In this document: one piece after another, positions 1 to 9,256 of the stretch
Layout of the letters: each line of letters opens with the position of its first letter
Numbering within the stretch: the first letter of the stretch is position 1
Assembly: GCA_043809645.1 (NCBI GenBank)
Contig: JBDROX010000003.1
Span: forward strand, 1 to 58,379
Length of the DNA: 58,379 nucleotides
Source of the DNA: Candidatus Magasanikiibacteriota bacterium
GTDB lineage: Bacteria; Patescibacteriota; Patescibacteriia; Magasanikbacterales; UBA922
Reading direction: 5' to 3'
Position numbers and translations under genes: made by a program
Notes under the pieces: model-generated
What the model was told of the DNA's origin: nothing
What the model saw: only the letters and a program-made list of their open reading frames with translations
The model's database searches: none

Positions 1-1
1 T

Positions 2-2356
2 GATTTACCGCAAAAGTACAACAGGGAAGATTCTGAGAGCAGAATCAAAAACTTCTGGGAACAAGAAGGAATTTTTAAGTTTGATCCAAAAAACGAAAAG
101 CCTTTATATGTCGTTGATACTCCTCCTCCGTATGTATCAGCCGATCACTTACATTCTGGGCATATTATGTCTTATGCTCAAGCAGAATTTATTGTTCGCT
201 ACAAAAGGATGAGGGGTTTTAATGTTTTTTATCCAATGGGGTTTGATGACAATGGACTACCGACAGAAAGATTTGTTGAGAAAAAATATAAAATTGACAA
301 GTCAAAAATTACAAAATCTGAATTTATCAAGATTTGCCTTCAAGAAACTGAATTAGGATCACAAACATATAAAAAACTTTGGAATGATCTTGGAATTTCA
401 GTTGATTGGTCAAAAACATATAGCTCGATTAGTCCAATTGCGACAAAAGTATCGCAATGGTCTATCATTGATTTACATAAAAAGGGTGCATTATACAGAG
501 ATAAAGCTCCTGTATTGTGGTGTCCAAGTTGTAGAACTGCAATTGCACAAGCTGATTTGGAAGATCAAGAGGAAGAATCAAAAATGAATTTTATCAATTT
601 TAAATCGGCGAGTGGTCAAGACTTAACTATTGCAACAACAAGACCTGAACTTCTTCCTGCTTGCGTTGCCCTTTATGTAAATCCAAGTGACAAGAGATTT
701 AAAGACTTAATCGGAAGTAAAGCAATTGTTCCTCTTTTTGATTATGAAATTGATATTAGATCAAGCGATAAAGTTGATATGGAAACAGGAACTGGTCTCA
801 TGATGGTTTGTACTTGGGGAGATAAAGAAGATTTAGAAAAATGGCAGGTAGATAATTTAGAAACTCGTTCACTTATAAATGAAGACGGAACACTGAATGA
901 ATTGGGAGGAAAATATCAATCTTTAAAACTTAAAGAAGCGAGAAAACAAATTTTAGAAGATTTAGAAAATAAAGGTTTATTAATAAAGCAAGAAGGTATA
1001 AGTCATACCGTTAGTGTTCACGAGCGTTGTGGTACTCCAGCAGAATTTGTTCAAAGCAAACAATGGTTTATAAAAATTGCGGACAAAAAGGATATTTGGT
1101 TAAAATACGGAGAAAAATTAAATTGGTATCCAAAATTTAAAGAAAAAGATTATGAACTTTGGGTAAACTCAATTAAATGGGATTGGTGTATTTCAAGGCA
1201 AAGATATTACGGTGTTCCTTTTCCAATTTGGTATTGCTCAGAATGTCAGGAACCTGTTTTTGCGAAAGAAGAAGATTTACCTGTATATCCTCATGAATCT
1301 CAACCAAATATAGAAAAATGCCCTAAGTGTGGCAATAAATCGTTTGTTCCAGAAAATGATGTTATGGATACTTGGGCAACATCTTCTTGTACTCCTTTTC
1401 TTTTGAGAGAACTTGTTGATGATCCAAAAATAAAAGAAAAGTTATTTCCTACAACACTCAGACCAAATGCCTTTGAAATCATCCGTACTTGGGATTTTTA
1501 CTCTATTGTTAAAAGTCATTATCATTTTAATACTTTGCCCTTTGAAAATGTCATGATTTCTGGGCATGGAGTAGATGAAAAAGGTGTTAAATTTTCCAAA
1601 AGACTTGGCAATTATATTTTGCCAGAAAAAATTATTGCAGAATACGGAGCAGATGCCCTCCGCTATTGGGCGACAGGTGCAACACTTGGAAAAAACCTTC
1701 GTTTTAGTATTGAAGAGATAAAAAAAGGATTAAAGACTGCAACTAAACTTTGGAATGTTGCGAGATTTATAACAATGAGTTTAGATGAGGTTTCTCTTGA
1801 TTTGATTGACAAAGATCTTGAGCCAGCTGATGTATGGATAATAAACGAACTCAACAAAACTCAAAAAGAAGTTACAAAGGCTTTCGATGAATACACTTAC
1901 GCAAAAGCAAAAGATGAATTAGATATTTTCTTTTGGTCGAAATTTGCTGATTACTATGTTGAGTTTATAAAATACAGAATTTTTGGAGATGATCAGAATT
2001 CAAAGAAATCGGCACAACTAACACTTTTGAATGTGTTTTTAGCGGTTTTAAAAATGTATGCTCCAATACTTCCATTTATTACAGAGGAAATTTATTTATC
2101 AGTATACAAAAATACGGAAAAATCAAAGAGTATTCATATATCAAATTGGCCTAACACAATTGAGACAAAAACCGATCTTGATATTTCAGATTTTGGTGAA
2201 GCCATAACAGCTATTAATGAAATAAGAAAGTATAAATCTGAAAATAATATTTCACTCGGAAAAGAGCTTGATGAATATAAATTAAAAACAAAGGTTGATT
2301 TGGATAAATATGGAGAATTTGTAAAGAAAGCAATTAGAGTGAAAGAAATACAATAA
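2..2356 (+). CDS. valS: Valine--tRNA ligase, archaeal-like short type; 5' end lies outside the window
   Basis: Frame is open from base 2 (DLPQKYN...VVDTPPPYVSADHLHSGH, a HIGH motif). Also has MGFDDNGLPTE, WDWCISRQR, DVMDTW and the KMSKS equivalent KFSKR. No long C-terminal coiled coil. Confidence 0.95.
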   Translation, partial: DLPQKYNREDSESRIKNFWEQEGIFKFDPKNEKPLYVVDTPPPYVSADHLHSGHIMSYAQAEFIVRYKRMRGFNVFYPMGFDDNGLPTERFVEKKYKIDKSKITKSEFIKICLQETELGSQTYKKLWNDLGISVDWSKTYSSISPIATKVSQWSIIDLHKKGALYRDKAPVLWCPSCRTAIAQADLEDQEEESKMNFINFKSASGQDLTIATTRPELLPACVALYVNPSDKRFKDLIGSKAIVPLFDYEIDIRSSDKVDMETGTGLMMVCTWGDKEDLEKWQVDNLETRSLINEDGTLNELGGKYQSLKLKEARKQILEDLENKGLLIKQEGISHTVSVHERCGTPAEFVQSKQWFIKIADKKDIWLKYGEKLNWYPKFKEKDYELWVNSIKWDWCISRQRYYGVPFPIWYCSECQEPVFAKEEDLPVYPHESQPNIEKCPKCGNKSFVPENDVMDTWATSSCTPFLLRELVDDPKIKEKLFPTTLRPNAFEIIRTWDFYSIVKSHYHFNTLPFENVMISGHGVDEKGVKFSKRLGNYILPEKIIAEYGADALRYWATGATLGKNLRFSIEEIKKGLKTATKLWNVARFITMSLDEVSLDLIDKDLEPADVWIINELNKTQKEVTKAFDEYTYAKAKDELDIFFWSKFADYYVEFIKYRIFGDDQNSKKSAQLTLLNVFLAVLKMYAPILPFITEEIYLSVYKNTEKSKSIHISNWPNTIETKTDLDISDFGEAITAINEIRKYKSENNISLGKELDEYKLKTKVDLDKYGEFVKKAIRVKEIQ

Positions 2357-2359
2357 GGA

Positions 2360-2408
2360 GTTTTGAAAAATGGAATTCACCCCCAGCCCCTCTTCCATTT
2401 TTCAAAAC
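2360..2408. repeat. 16-bp perfect hairpin with C-rich loop directly after valS
   Basis: GTTTTGAAAAATGGAA / TTCCATTTTTCAAAAC around loop TTCACCCCCAGCCCCTC. Confidence 0.8.
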
Positions 2409-2522
2409 AAAAAATCAAATACAACAATAAAAAGCCCACCAAAAACGGAATAATATGGATAAATTTTTCAAAAATACGCAAGGCACGTTGCACTCTCACT
2501 CCGCTATCGCTCCGTTCGGCTC

Positions 2523-2620
2523 GCCTAACACAGTATATGCGGTTCGCTCGTTGCACTTCGCTCTCCCATATTTTGCTCCGCTACGCTACGCAAAACATCG
2601 CATATACTGAAACGTTAGCT
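2523..2620 (+). mobile_element. attC-like recombination site (no integrase in the window)
   Basis: GCCTAAC (RYYYAAC) ... GTTAGCT ends with inner inverted arms CAGTATATGCG (2531-2541) / CGCATATACTG (2599-2609). Confidence 0.6.
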
Positions 2621-2654
2621 GAAATATTCCTTTTCTTTTTTGGGCTATCGCCCA

Positions 2655-3815
2655 ATTGTTTTAAAAAATTTTCAAATTTCTTTTATCGAGGGGTTTACAA
2701 AGAACCCTAAAAGGGGTTACAATATAGGTATTAACTAGTTACAATAAATTTATGAATGAAAAAAGTACTAAAATAAGCGATTTTATACTAGAAAAAGCCC
2801 CAGGCAATCCTCATGATTTAGTCTCATTGGTAGCAAAAAATTACAAAATTTCTAGACAACGAGCACATAACCATGTGAATAGACAGGTAAAAGAAGGAAA
2901 TCTAATTAAAGTAGGTAGGACAAGGGCAACACGCTACTTCCTTGCTAATGGTAATGAAATTGAATTTTCTATAAAAATTAAGCCTGGGTTAGCAGAAGAT
3001 CAAGTCTGGTCTAAATATGTAAAACCACTACTCCTAAAATGTTCGGAGAACATACAAAGAATTTCTGCTTATGGTTTTACTGAAATTTATAACAATGCTA
3101 TTGACCATTCAGAAGGAACAGTAATATATTCTACTATTGAACTAAAAAATAACAACCTTACAATTACTATAATGGATAATGGCTTAGGTATTTTTAAAAA
3201 AATACAGGAGGCACTTCATCTAGAATCAATGAGAGAATCAATTTTACACCTTTCTAAAGGAAAATTCACGACAGACCCATCTAAGCATACAGGTGAGGGA
3301 ATCTTTTTTACTTCCAGAATGTTTGATCGTTTTTCTATTCTATCGAGCAATCTGTATTACAGTTTTCAAAATCAAGAATGGTTCCTATCCAGTGAAAAGA
3401 ATGAAAGTTTTGGAAAAGGAACTAGTATAACAATGACTATTTCTCTCGAATCAAAAAAAAACTCAAAGGAAATTTTTGACCAATATGCAGACCAAGAAAT
3501 AGGTTTTTGGAAAACAAAAGTAGCCGTTGCTCTCAGCGCAGACCCGAACGATCCCCATGTATCGAGATCCCAAGCAAAACGACTCTTAATCGGCTTGGAA
3601 AAATTCAAATCTGTAATTCTAGATTTTAAAAACGTAACAGAAGTTGGGCAAGCTTTTGTGGATGAGATTTTCAGAGTTTTCCAACAGGAACATCCTGACA
3701 TCGATATAAAATACGTCAATACAAACAAAAATGTAGAAGCTATGATTAAAAGAGGTCTTGCAACTAGATAGATCTGAAATAGCAAAAAGGAAATTTGAAA
3801 ATTTTTTAAAATAAT
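2655..3815. repeat. 26-bp inverted repeats (2655-2680 and 3790-3815) bracketing one gene and its promoter
   Basis: ATTGTTTTAAAAAATTTTCAAATTTC versus the reverse complement of GAAATTTGAAAATTTTTTAAAATAAT: 25 of 26 identical. Confidence 0.75.
2752..3771 (+). CDS. wHTH + histidine-kinase-like ATPase + STAS-like (DUF4325-type) protein
   Basis: N-terminal HTH (ISRQRAHNHV...G.TRATRY), GHKL motifs EIYNNAIDH, DNGLGI, GEGIF, and C-terminal SRSQAKRLL...LDFKNVTEVGQAFVDEIFRVF. Confidence 0.85.
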   Translation: MNEKSTKISDFILEKAPGNPHDLVSLVAKNYKISRQRAHNHVNRQVKEGNLIKVGRTRATRYFLANGNEIEFSIKIKPGLAEDQVWSKYVKPLLLKCSENIQRISAYGFTEIYNNAIDHSEGTVIYSTIELKNNNLTITIMDNGLGIFKKIQEALHLESMRESILHLSKGKFTTDPSKHTGEGIFFTSRMFDRFSILSSNLYYSFQNQEWFLSSEKNESFGKGTSITMTISLESKKNSKEIFDQYADQEIGFWKTKVAVALSADPNDPHVSRSQAKRLLIGLEKFKSVILDFKNVTEVGQAFVDEIFRVFQQEHPDIDIKYVNTNKNVEAMIKRGLATR

Positions 3816-3884
3816 CCTGATTTCATCGGGAAAAAGAAGGGGAAGTAAGGATATAAACCTGATAATTTAATCATTTCTGTGCAT

Positions 3885-4529
3885 ATGAAAAAATTTCTTT
3901 TTCTCGCAAGCGTCTGTGTCCTCATTCTAACCACTACAGGTTGCAGTCTTTTTGGAACAGAAGAAGTTGGCAATGACAATGGCGAAGTCATTCACGACTC
4001 AATGGAAAAACTTCTTACAAAAGAAAAAACACTCAAGTGTACAGTAGAGGAGACAGAAGATGGAGAGAAGGTGATCACAACACTCTATATAGATCATGAA
4101 AAGATGCGCGCTGACTCGAGAGTCTCTGGTGGAGGAGATGAAGAAATAGACTCACATATTATCTCAGACGGAGAGTGGATGTATACGTGGTTATCTGCTG
4201 AAGAGAATGGGATGAAGATAAATATAAAAGAAATGGAAGAGCTTGGAAAGAAATTCGAGAACTCAGAAGAAAATTTTGGCGACTTCGATATAGCTGAATC
4301 AGAAGAAAAAATGGATTTCAATTGTAAAAAATGGAAAGTTGATAAAAGTGTATTCATCCCACCAACAGATGTTTCTTTCAATAACATGGCCGCTGGACTC
4401 GGAGTCATGTTGGAAGGGTTTGAAAGTCTGGATACAAATGGAGTTATGGAAAGCATGTGCGGACTCTGCGACCTCTCTCCTACAGAAGAAGAGAAAAAAG
4501 AGTGCCGAGTTGGCCTCGAGTGCAAGTAG
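3885..4529 (+). CDS. Putative lipoprotein, function unknown
   Basis: MKKFLF...LTTTGC lipobox-like signal; acidic beta-rich body; C-terminal cysteines. Confidence 0.75.
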   Translation: MKKFLFLASVCVLILTTTGCSLFGTEEVGNDNGEVIHDSMEKLLTKEKTLKCTVEETEDGEKVITTLYIDHEKMRADSRVSGGGDEEIDSHIISDGEWMYTWLSAEENGMKINIKEMEELGKKFENSEENFGDFDIAESEEKMDFNCKKWKVDKSVFIPPTDVSFNNMAAGLGVMLEGFESLDTNGVMESMCGLCDLSPTEEEKKECRVGLECK

Positions 4530-4576
4530 TTAATAATTCACATAAAAAAATGGGACGCTCAACTCTGCTCTGTGTT

Positions 4577-4987
4577 CTACGCGTCCCAGCTGAATCCGCC
4601 TGGAAGCGGATTCAGGATGATCACAGTCGCCCGACCGATGAGTAGACATCCGTCTCGCTCGGAGAACCAGAAGTAGAATAGGGCATGGACCAGGAGACCC
4701 TCGCCATACTCCCAGCAGTATAGGGTGATCACCCTATACTGAGTCTCAAAGAAACTCAGTATCTTGGCGCGAAAGTTTGGCCACTTTTTGAACTCGGACT
4801 TCCAGTGTTCCCTGACGTTGCCTTGATCACGGCCAATTTCAACACACTCGAGCTTTCCAAGCGAGCCTGGCACGCACACCATAGCGACGTACCCAGGGTC
4901 GAACAAATCGGCCATTCCCAAATGGTCATGACTGTTCTGCATACTGACCAGTCTCTCGACCAGCCCTCGCCTGTCTAAAACACCCAT
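4577..4987 (-). CDS. GC-rich orphan protein (136 aa)
   Basis: ATG at 4987 preceded by AGGAGG; TTGACT-17-TACTGT promoter upstream; no recognised motif. Confidence 0.6.
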   Translation of the reverse strand: MGVLDRRGLVERLVSMQNSHDHLGMADLFDPGYVAMVCVPGSLGKLECVEIGRDQGNVREHWKSEFKKWPNFRAKILSFFETQYRVITLYCWEYGEGLLVHALFYFWFSERDGCLLIGRATVIILNPLPGGFSWDA

Positions 4988-5191
4988 CGTCTTTCCCTCC
5001 TGAAAAAAGTTGTGAGCAGAGTTGAGCGAGTGGACAGTAGCATGTATTTTTTGAAAAGTCAAGATTGTACATGAAAGAAGGGAAAATTGAAAATCAGATA
5101 CATTTTTGATATACTCGTTCACCAAGAGGGGGTTTTATTTTTTAAGATGCCTTGCGCTTCTCACGAGCGTTCTGCATATGGGGAAGGAGGT

Positions 5192-8100
5192 ATGCGAGTA
5201 CACACTTCTTGGCTTATTTTTTTATTTGCGCTCCTTTTGGGTGCTTTTTTATTTTCATCAGTGACGAAATCTTCGTCACCAGACATTGTGATTACAGAGA
5301 TTGGAGCTTTTGAGCCAAGCTCACACGAATGGCTTGAAATTTTTAATCGTGGATCTGTTCCCATAGACCTTTCTGACTGGAAATTCTGGGAGGCTGGAAC
5401 AAATCATGGTCTCACGCTCAGCCAAGGCACTGACAGCATCCTTGAACCCGGGGAATACGCAGTGATCACACAAGACAATACTAATTTTTTTATAGACTAC
5501 CCAAATGTTGCCAATACAATTTTTGATAGTTCCTGGGGAACATTAAATGAAAGTGGTGAGGAGATTGGCCTTAAAGATGAGACTGGAACATTTGTAGAGC
5601 AATTTACCTATACGAGCGCATCAGATTACTCACTCGAGAGAATTGATTCAAATAGTCTAGACTACTCAGGATCAAACTGGAAAGAACATCCTGACAGCAG
5701 CACAGTGGGAAATCAAAACTATTGGCACTTGTGGACACCACCTGCAAACACGGCACCGAATGCAATAATCTCAATGCCCAGTTTTGCTGAAACTAATGAA
5801 ATGATTACAATGGATGGGAGCTTATCAGCAGATACAGATGGATTCATTGTTTCTCATTCCTGGGACTTTGGTGATGGAGGTACGGCAAATACCCAAGCGA
5901 CAAATTATGCTTACACATCAACAGGAACATACTCTATAAACCTTATAGTAACAGATGACGGCGGGGCTTCAGGGTCTGTGAGCACAACAATTTCTATCAT
6001 AGACCCAGCCCCTGCACCAACCACTACCCCTGTTTTTCTTGCTATCAATGAATTTCTTCCAAATCCATCGACTGGTACAGAGTGGATAGAACTCTACAAT
6101 CCCAGCACAAACACTATCAATATCACTGATTGGATACTCGAGGATGGCGTGGGACACATTGCGTCTCTTGTTTCAAGCATTGACCCAAATAAATTCCTAT
6201 CCATAGAACTCTCATCGAGTAAACTAAATAATAGCGGTGACTCAATTATTCTAAAAGACAAATCTGGAAACACTATCGACACAGTAAGTTATGGATCTTG
6301 GGATGATGGAAACATATCTGACAATGTGGATATTCCTGACACAGGTAACAGTATTGCAAGAAGGATTGATGGCACCGATACAGATGTAGACAGCGCGGAC
6401 TTTGCAGAAACGACTGAGCCATCAAAAGGGCTTCCAAATACAATCACTGCTCCAGCCACAGACCCGCCGCCAAGCCCTCCTGGTGGAGGTGGGGGCGGCG
6501 GGTCTACACCACCAAAAAGTTACTCAAGTGGGGATATAGTCATCAACGAACTAGTGAGTGACCCAAGCGATGATGGAGAAGAATTTATTGAACTTTACAA
6601 TACAACGGGGGGTACTATCACTCTTGAATCATGGAAACTCGAGGATGGGGGTGAATCTCAAACAATGCTCGAAGGATCTATAGGTCCATGGAGCTTCTAT
6701 ATAATAGAAAAACCAAAAGGAAATTTGAATAACAGTGGAGATAGCATCACACTTTCAGATGGATCAGAAAATGAGATAGACCGTGTAACATATGGCTCCT
6801 GGGACGATGGAAATACTTCTGACAATGCACCTGCTGCCGAGGATCCCTTGAGCCTGGCTCGCAAAACAGATGGGCAGGATAGTAATAATGATTATTATGA
6901 CTTTGCTCTCACGGCCACAGTTACAAAAGGAGAGCCAAATATTATTACAGAAGTCTCAGAAAATGGTGATATTATTCAGCCACTTACAAATACAAACATT
7001 ACTCTAAATGAAGTCTTTCCAAATCCAAAAGGATCTGACAATGAATCCGAATTCATCGAAATAAAGAATATTGGAACAGAAACAGTAAGTCTTACAGGCT
7101 GGAAACTGGGTGATGCAAGTACGAAACGCTACATAATTGCAGAGCAAAATATAAAACCAGGAGAGATTATTATTTTCGAAAGAAAACAAACAGGCATTGC
7201 ACTCAATAATTCTGGTTCAGAAGAAGTGAAGATTCTGTCTCCAAACGGCTCGACTATAGACTCCATCTCATACTCTGGTAGCGCGAGCGAGGGATCAAGC
7301 TTTGCTAGAAGAGAAGACAACACATGGGACTGGACGACGAAGACAACTCCTGGAGAAGAAAACATACTTGAAGGAAAGAGCGCTGCCCCGGTGGTAGCAA
7401 TTGATGCCCGCTCAGAAGGAATCATCGACGAACCACTGATCTTCGATGCATCTGACACCACAGATCCAGAGGGTAGAGATCTGGAATTCATCTGGAACTT
7501 CGGTGATAATCGAGAAGCAAAAGGAAATGTAGTAAAGCATGCATTTTACACAGAAGGTATATTCACAGTTTCTTTGAGTGTAAAAAATTCAAACGGCGAC
7601 ACATCAACTGGAAACATTGTAGTGACAATTACAAAAGATTCGACAGAAAATTCTCACGAAACAGCGCTCATACGCATTTCAGAATTCATGCCAAACCCAA
7701 CAGGCTCTGACGAAACAGAATTCATTGAGCTTTTCAACCCAACAGAAGAAGATACTGATATTTCTGGACTGAAGCTGGATGATGAGGAGGGTGGGTCAAA
7801 AGCATATACATTTCCAGAGGGTACGATATTGCCTGCCAGAGGTTATAGGGTTTTCAATAAAAACGAAACTGGTCTTGCTCTGAACAACACAACTGACGCC
7901 ACAAGACTTCTCTATCCCGACGGAACAGTTCTTCAAGAAGTTCGGTATGATGATGTCCTCGAAGGAGCAAGCTATGTCCAGAATGAGGAAGAGATATGGC
8001 TCTGGACTGGCAACCCAACACCTGGCAGTGAAAATATTCTAAGCGTACCAAAAGCAATTGCAGGAATAAAAATTTCCAAAAGCAAAAAAGATGAAAAACC

Positions 8101-8872
8101 CACTATCAATACAACCGTCGCAGGCGCCCATTTTGAAGATATTGGCGACAAAGTAAAAGTAAGAGGCATAGTTCTTGTAGAGCCAGGAATCCTTGGTTCC
8201 CAATTCTTCTATATAACGGACCCAGGGAGTTCAACAACAAGCATGCCTGGCATTCAAGTGTATATGTACAAGAAAGACTTTCCACCCCTCCACATTGGAG
8301 ACAGAATAGAAATAACTGGAGAAATATCTGAAAGTGGTGGAGAAACCAGAATAAAACTTTCTGAAAAAGAAAATATCAGCCGGATAGACCATCCTGGCGA
8401 ACCAGAGCCCCCATTAGTACAGATTGAAGATACACTAGACATGACACCTGGCTCTTTTATTAGTGTGCAAGGTGAGATCACAGAAGTTAAAAGTTCTCAT
8501 GTGTATATCGACGACGGAACAGAAGAAATAAAAATATATTTCAAAACAGGGGCTGGAATAGATAAGAAAGCTATCCAACTTGGCGACCTCGCTCAAATAA
8601 CAGGCATTCTGAGTAGAACGAAAACAGAACTTCGCCTTCTCCCCAGAAGCCAAGGTGATATTATAAAAACAGGAGTATCAGAATCTGCTACTGATTATCG
8701 TGAACTCCAGGAGCAGGATAAAAGTGCAGAGGTCGCTGAAAAGTATCTAACAGCAACAGCCGGTGGGCTCAGCTCAATTTTGATCGGACTCTTCATGAAG
8801 ACGAGAGTGGGTGGAGTGAGGAGAAAATTTGCAAAGTGGTTTGGGAAAACAAAAAAACACTCTGGTGAATGA
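5192..8872 (+). CDS. Large secreted/anchored protein: about five lamin-tail domains, two PKD domains, two OB-fold-like domains
   Basis: AAGGAGG before ATG 5192; signal/TM; repeated (I/L)(N/S)E.(L/M/F)PNP...E(W/F)IEL.N...LNNSGD; PKD motifs WDFGDG and WNFGD; C-terminal hydrophobic segment and basic tail. Confidence 0.85.
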   Translation: MRVHTSWLIFLFALLLGAFLFSSVTKSSSPDIVITEIGAFEPSSHEWLEIFNRGSVPIDLSDWKFWEAGTNHGLTLSQGTDSILEPGEYAVITQDNTNFFIDYPNVANTIFDSSWGTLNESGEEIGLKDETGTFVEQFTYTSASDYSLERIDSNSLDYSGSNWKEHPDSSTVGNQNYWHLWTPPANTAPNAIISMPSFAETNEMITMDGSLSADTDGFIVSHSWDFGDGGTANTQATNYAYTSTGTYSINLIVTDDGGASGSVSTTISIIDPAPAPTTTPVFLAINEFLPNPSTGTEWIELYNPSTNTINITDWILEDGVGHIASLVSSIDPNKFLSIELSSSKLNNSGDSIILKDKSGNTIDTVSYGSWDDGNISDNVDIPDTGNSIARRIDGTDTDVDSADFAETTEPSKGLPNTITAPATDPPPSPPGGGGGGGSTPPKSYSSGDIVINELVSDPSDDGEEFIELYNTTGGTITLESWKLEDGGESQTMLEGSIGPWSFYIIEKPKGNLNNSGDSITLSDGSENEIDRVTYGSWDDGNTSDNAPAAEDPLSLARKTDGQDSNNDYYDFALTATVTKGEPNIITEVSENGDIIQPLTNTNITLNEVFPNPKGSDNESEFIEIKNIGTETVSLTGWKLGDASTKRYIIAEQNIKPGEIIIFERKQTGIALNNSGSEEVKILSPNGSTIDSISYSGSASEGSSFARREDNTWDWTTKTTPGEENILEGKSAAPVVAIDARSEGIIDEPLIFDASDTTDPEGRDLEFIWNFGDNREAKGNVVKHAFYTEGIFTVSLSVKNSNGDTSTGNIVVTITKDSTENSHETALIRISEFMPNPTGSDETEFIELFNPTEEDTDISGLKLDDEEGGSKAYTFPEGTILPARGYRVFNKNETGLALNNTTDATRLLYPDGTVLQEVRYDDVLEGASYVQNEEEIWLWTGNPTPGSENILSVPKAIAGIKISKSKKDEKPTINTTVAGAHFEDIGDKVKVRGIVLVEPGILGSQFFYITDPGSSTTSMPGIQVYMYKKDFPPLHIGDRIEITGEISESGGETRIKLSEKENISRIDHPGEPEPPLVQIEDTLDMTPGSFISVQGEITEVKSSHVYIDDGTEEIKIYFKTGAGIDKKAIQLGDLAQITGILSRTKTELRLLPRSQGDIIKTGVSESATDYRELQEQDKSAEVAEKYLTATAGGLSSILIGLFMKTRVGGVRRKFAKWFGKTKKHSGE

Positions 8873-8876
8873 AAAA

Positions 8877-8907
8877 AGATGTTGACCGCCCCGCCTGGTC
8901 AACATCT
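8877..8907 (+). terminator. Hairpin after the lamin-tail gene
   Basis: AGATGTTGACC / GGTCAACATCT 11-bp stem. Confidence 0.55.
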
Positions 8908-8962
8908 GTGTTGAACTCTTGGCGGGGCAGTTTCCCCTCCATGTCCGCCATACTACCAAAGA

Positions 8963-9142
8963 TCAATCAAACAAGAAGAGGCCAAGCCATGACCAAAAAT
9001 GGCTAACGATCGCTGGAACCGCCTCTTTAAAAAATACACCACGATCCTCAGGTTTTGTTTGCATGAATACCCGTAACAACCCAAGTGCGAGTGTTTTGGT
9101 ATTACAAATAAAATCGAGGAGTGTGTAAAAAAAATCTCTCAC
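8963..9142 (-). CDS. Possible small orphan protein (59 aa)
   Basis: GTG at 9142 preceded by GAGGAG; fills an intergenic gap; no motif. Confidence 0.3.
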   Translation of the reverse strand: MRDFFYTLLDFICNTKTLALGLLRVFMQTKPEDRGVFFKEAVPAIVSHFWSWLGLFLFD

Positions 9143-9256
9143 TGCGCGACTCCTCAAGGTTTGTGGTACAAAAGAACTTGTACCATACTTCATAATGTAA
9201 TTCAAATTTTTCGTAGACTAAAAATGTTTCTGTTTTTTTGCTATAATATAGTGACT

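Noticed and set aside
2363-2710. 115-aa ORF
   Set aside because: Runs across a hairpin, the attC-like site and an inverted repeat; translation looks non-protein.
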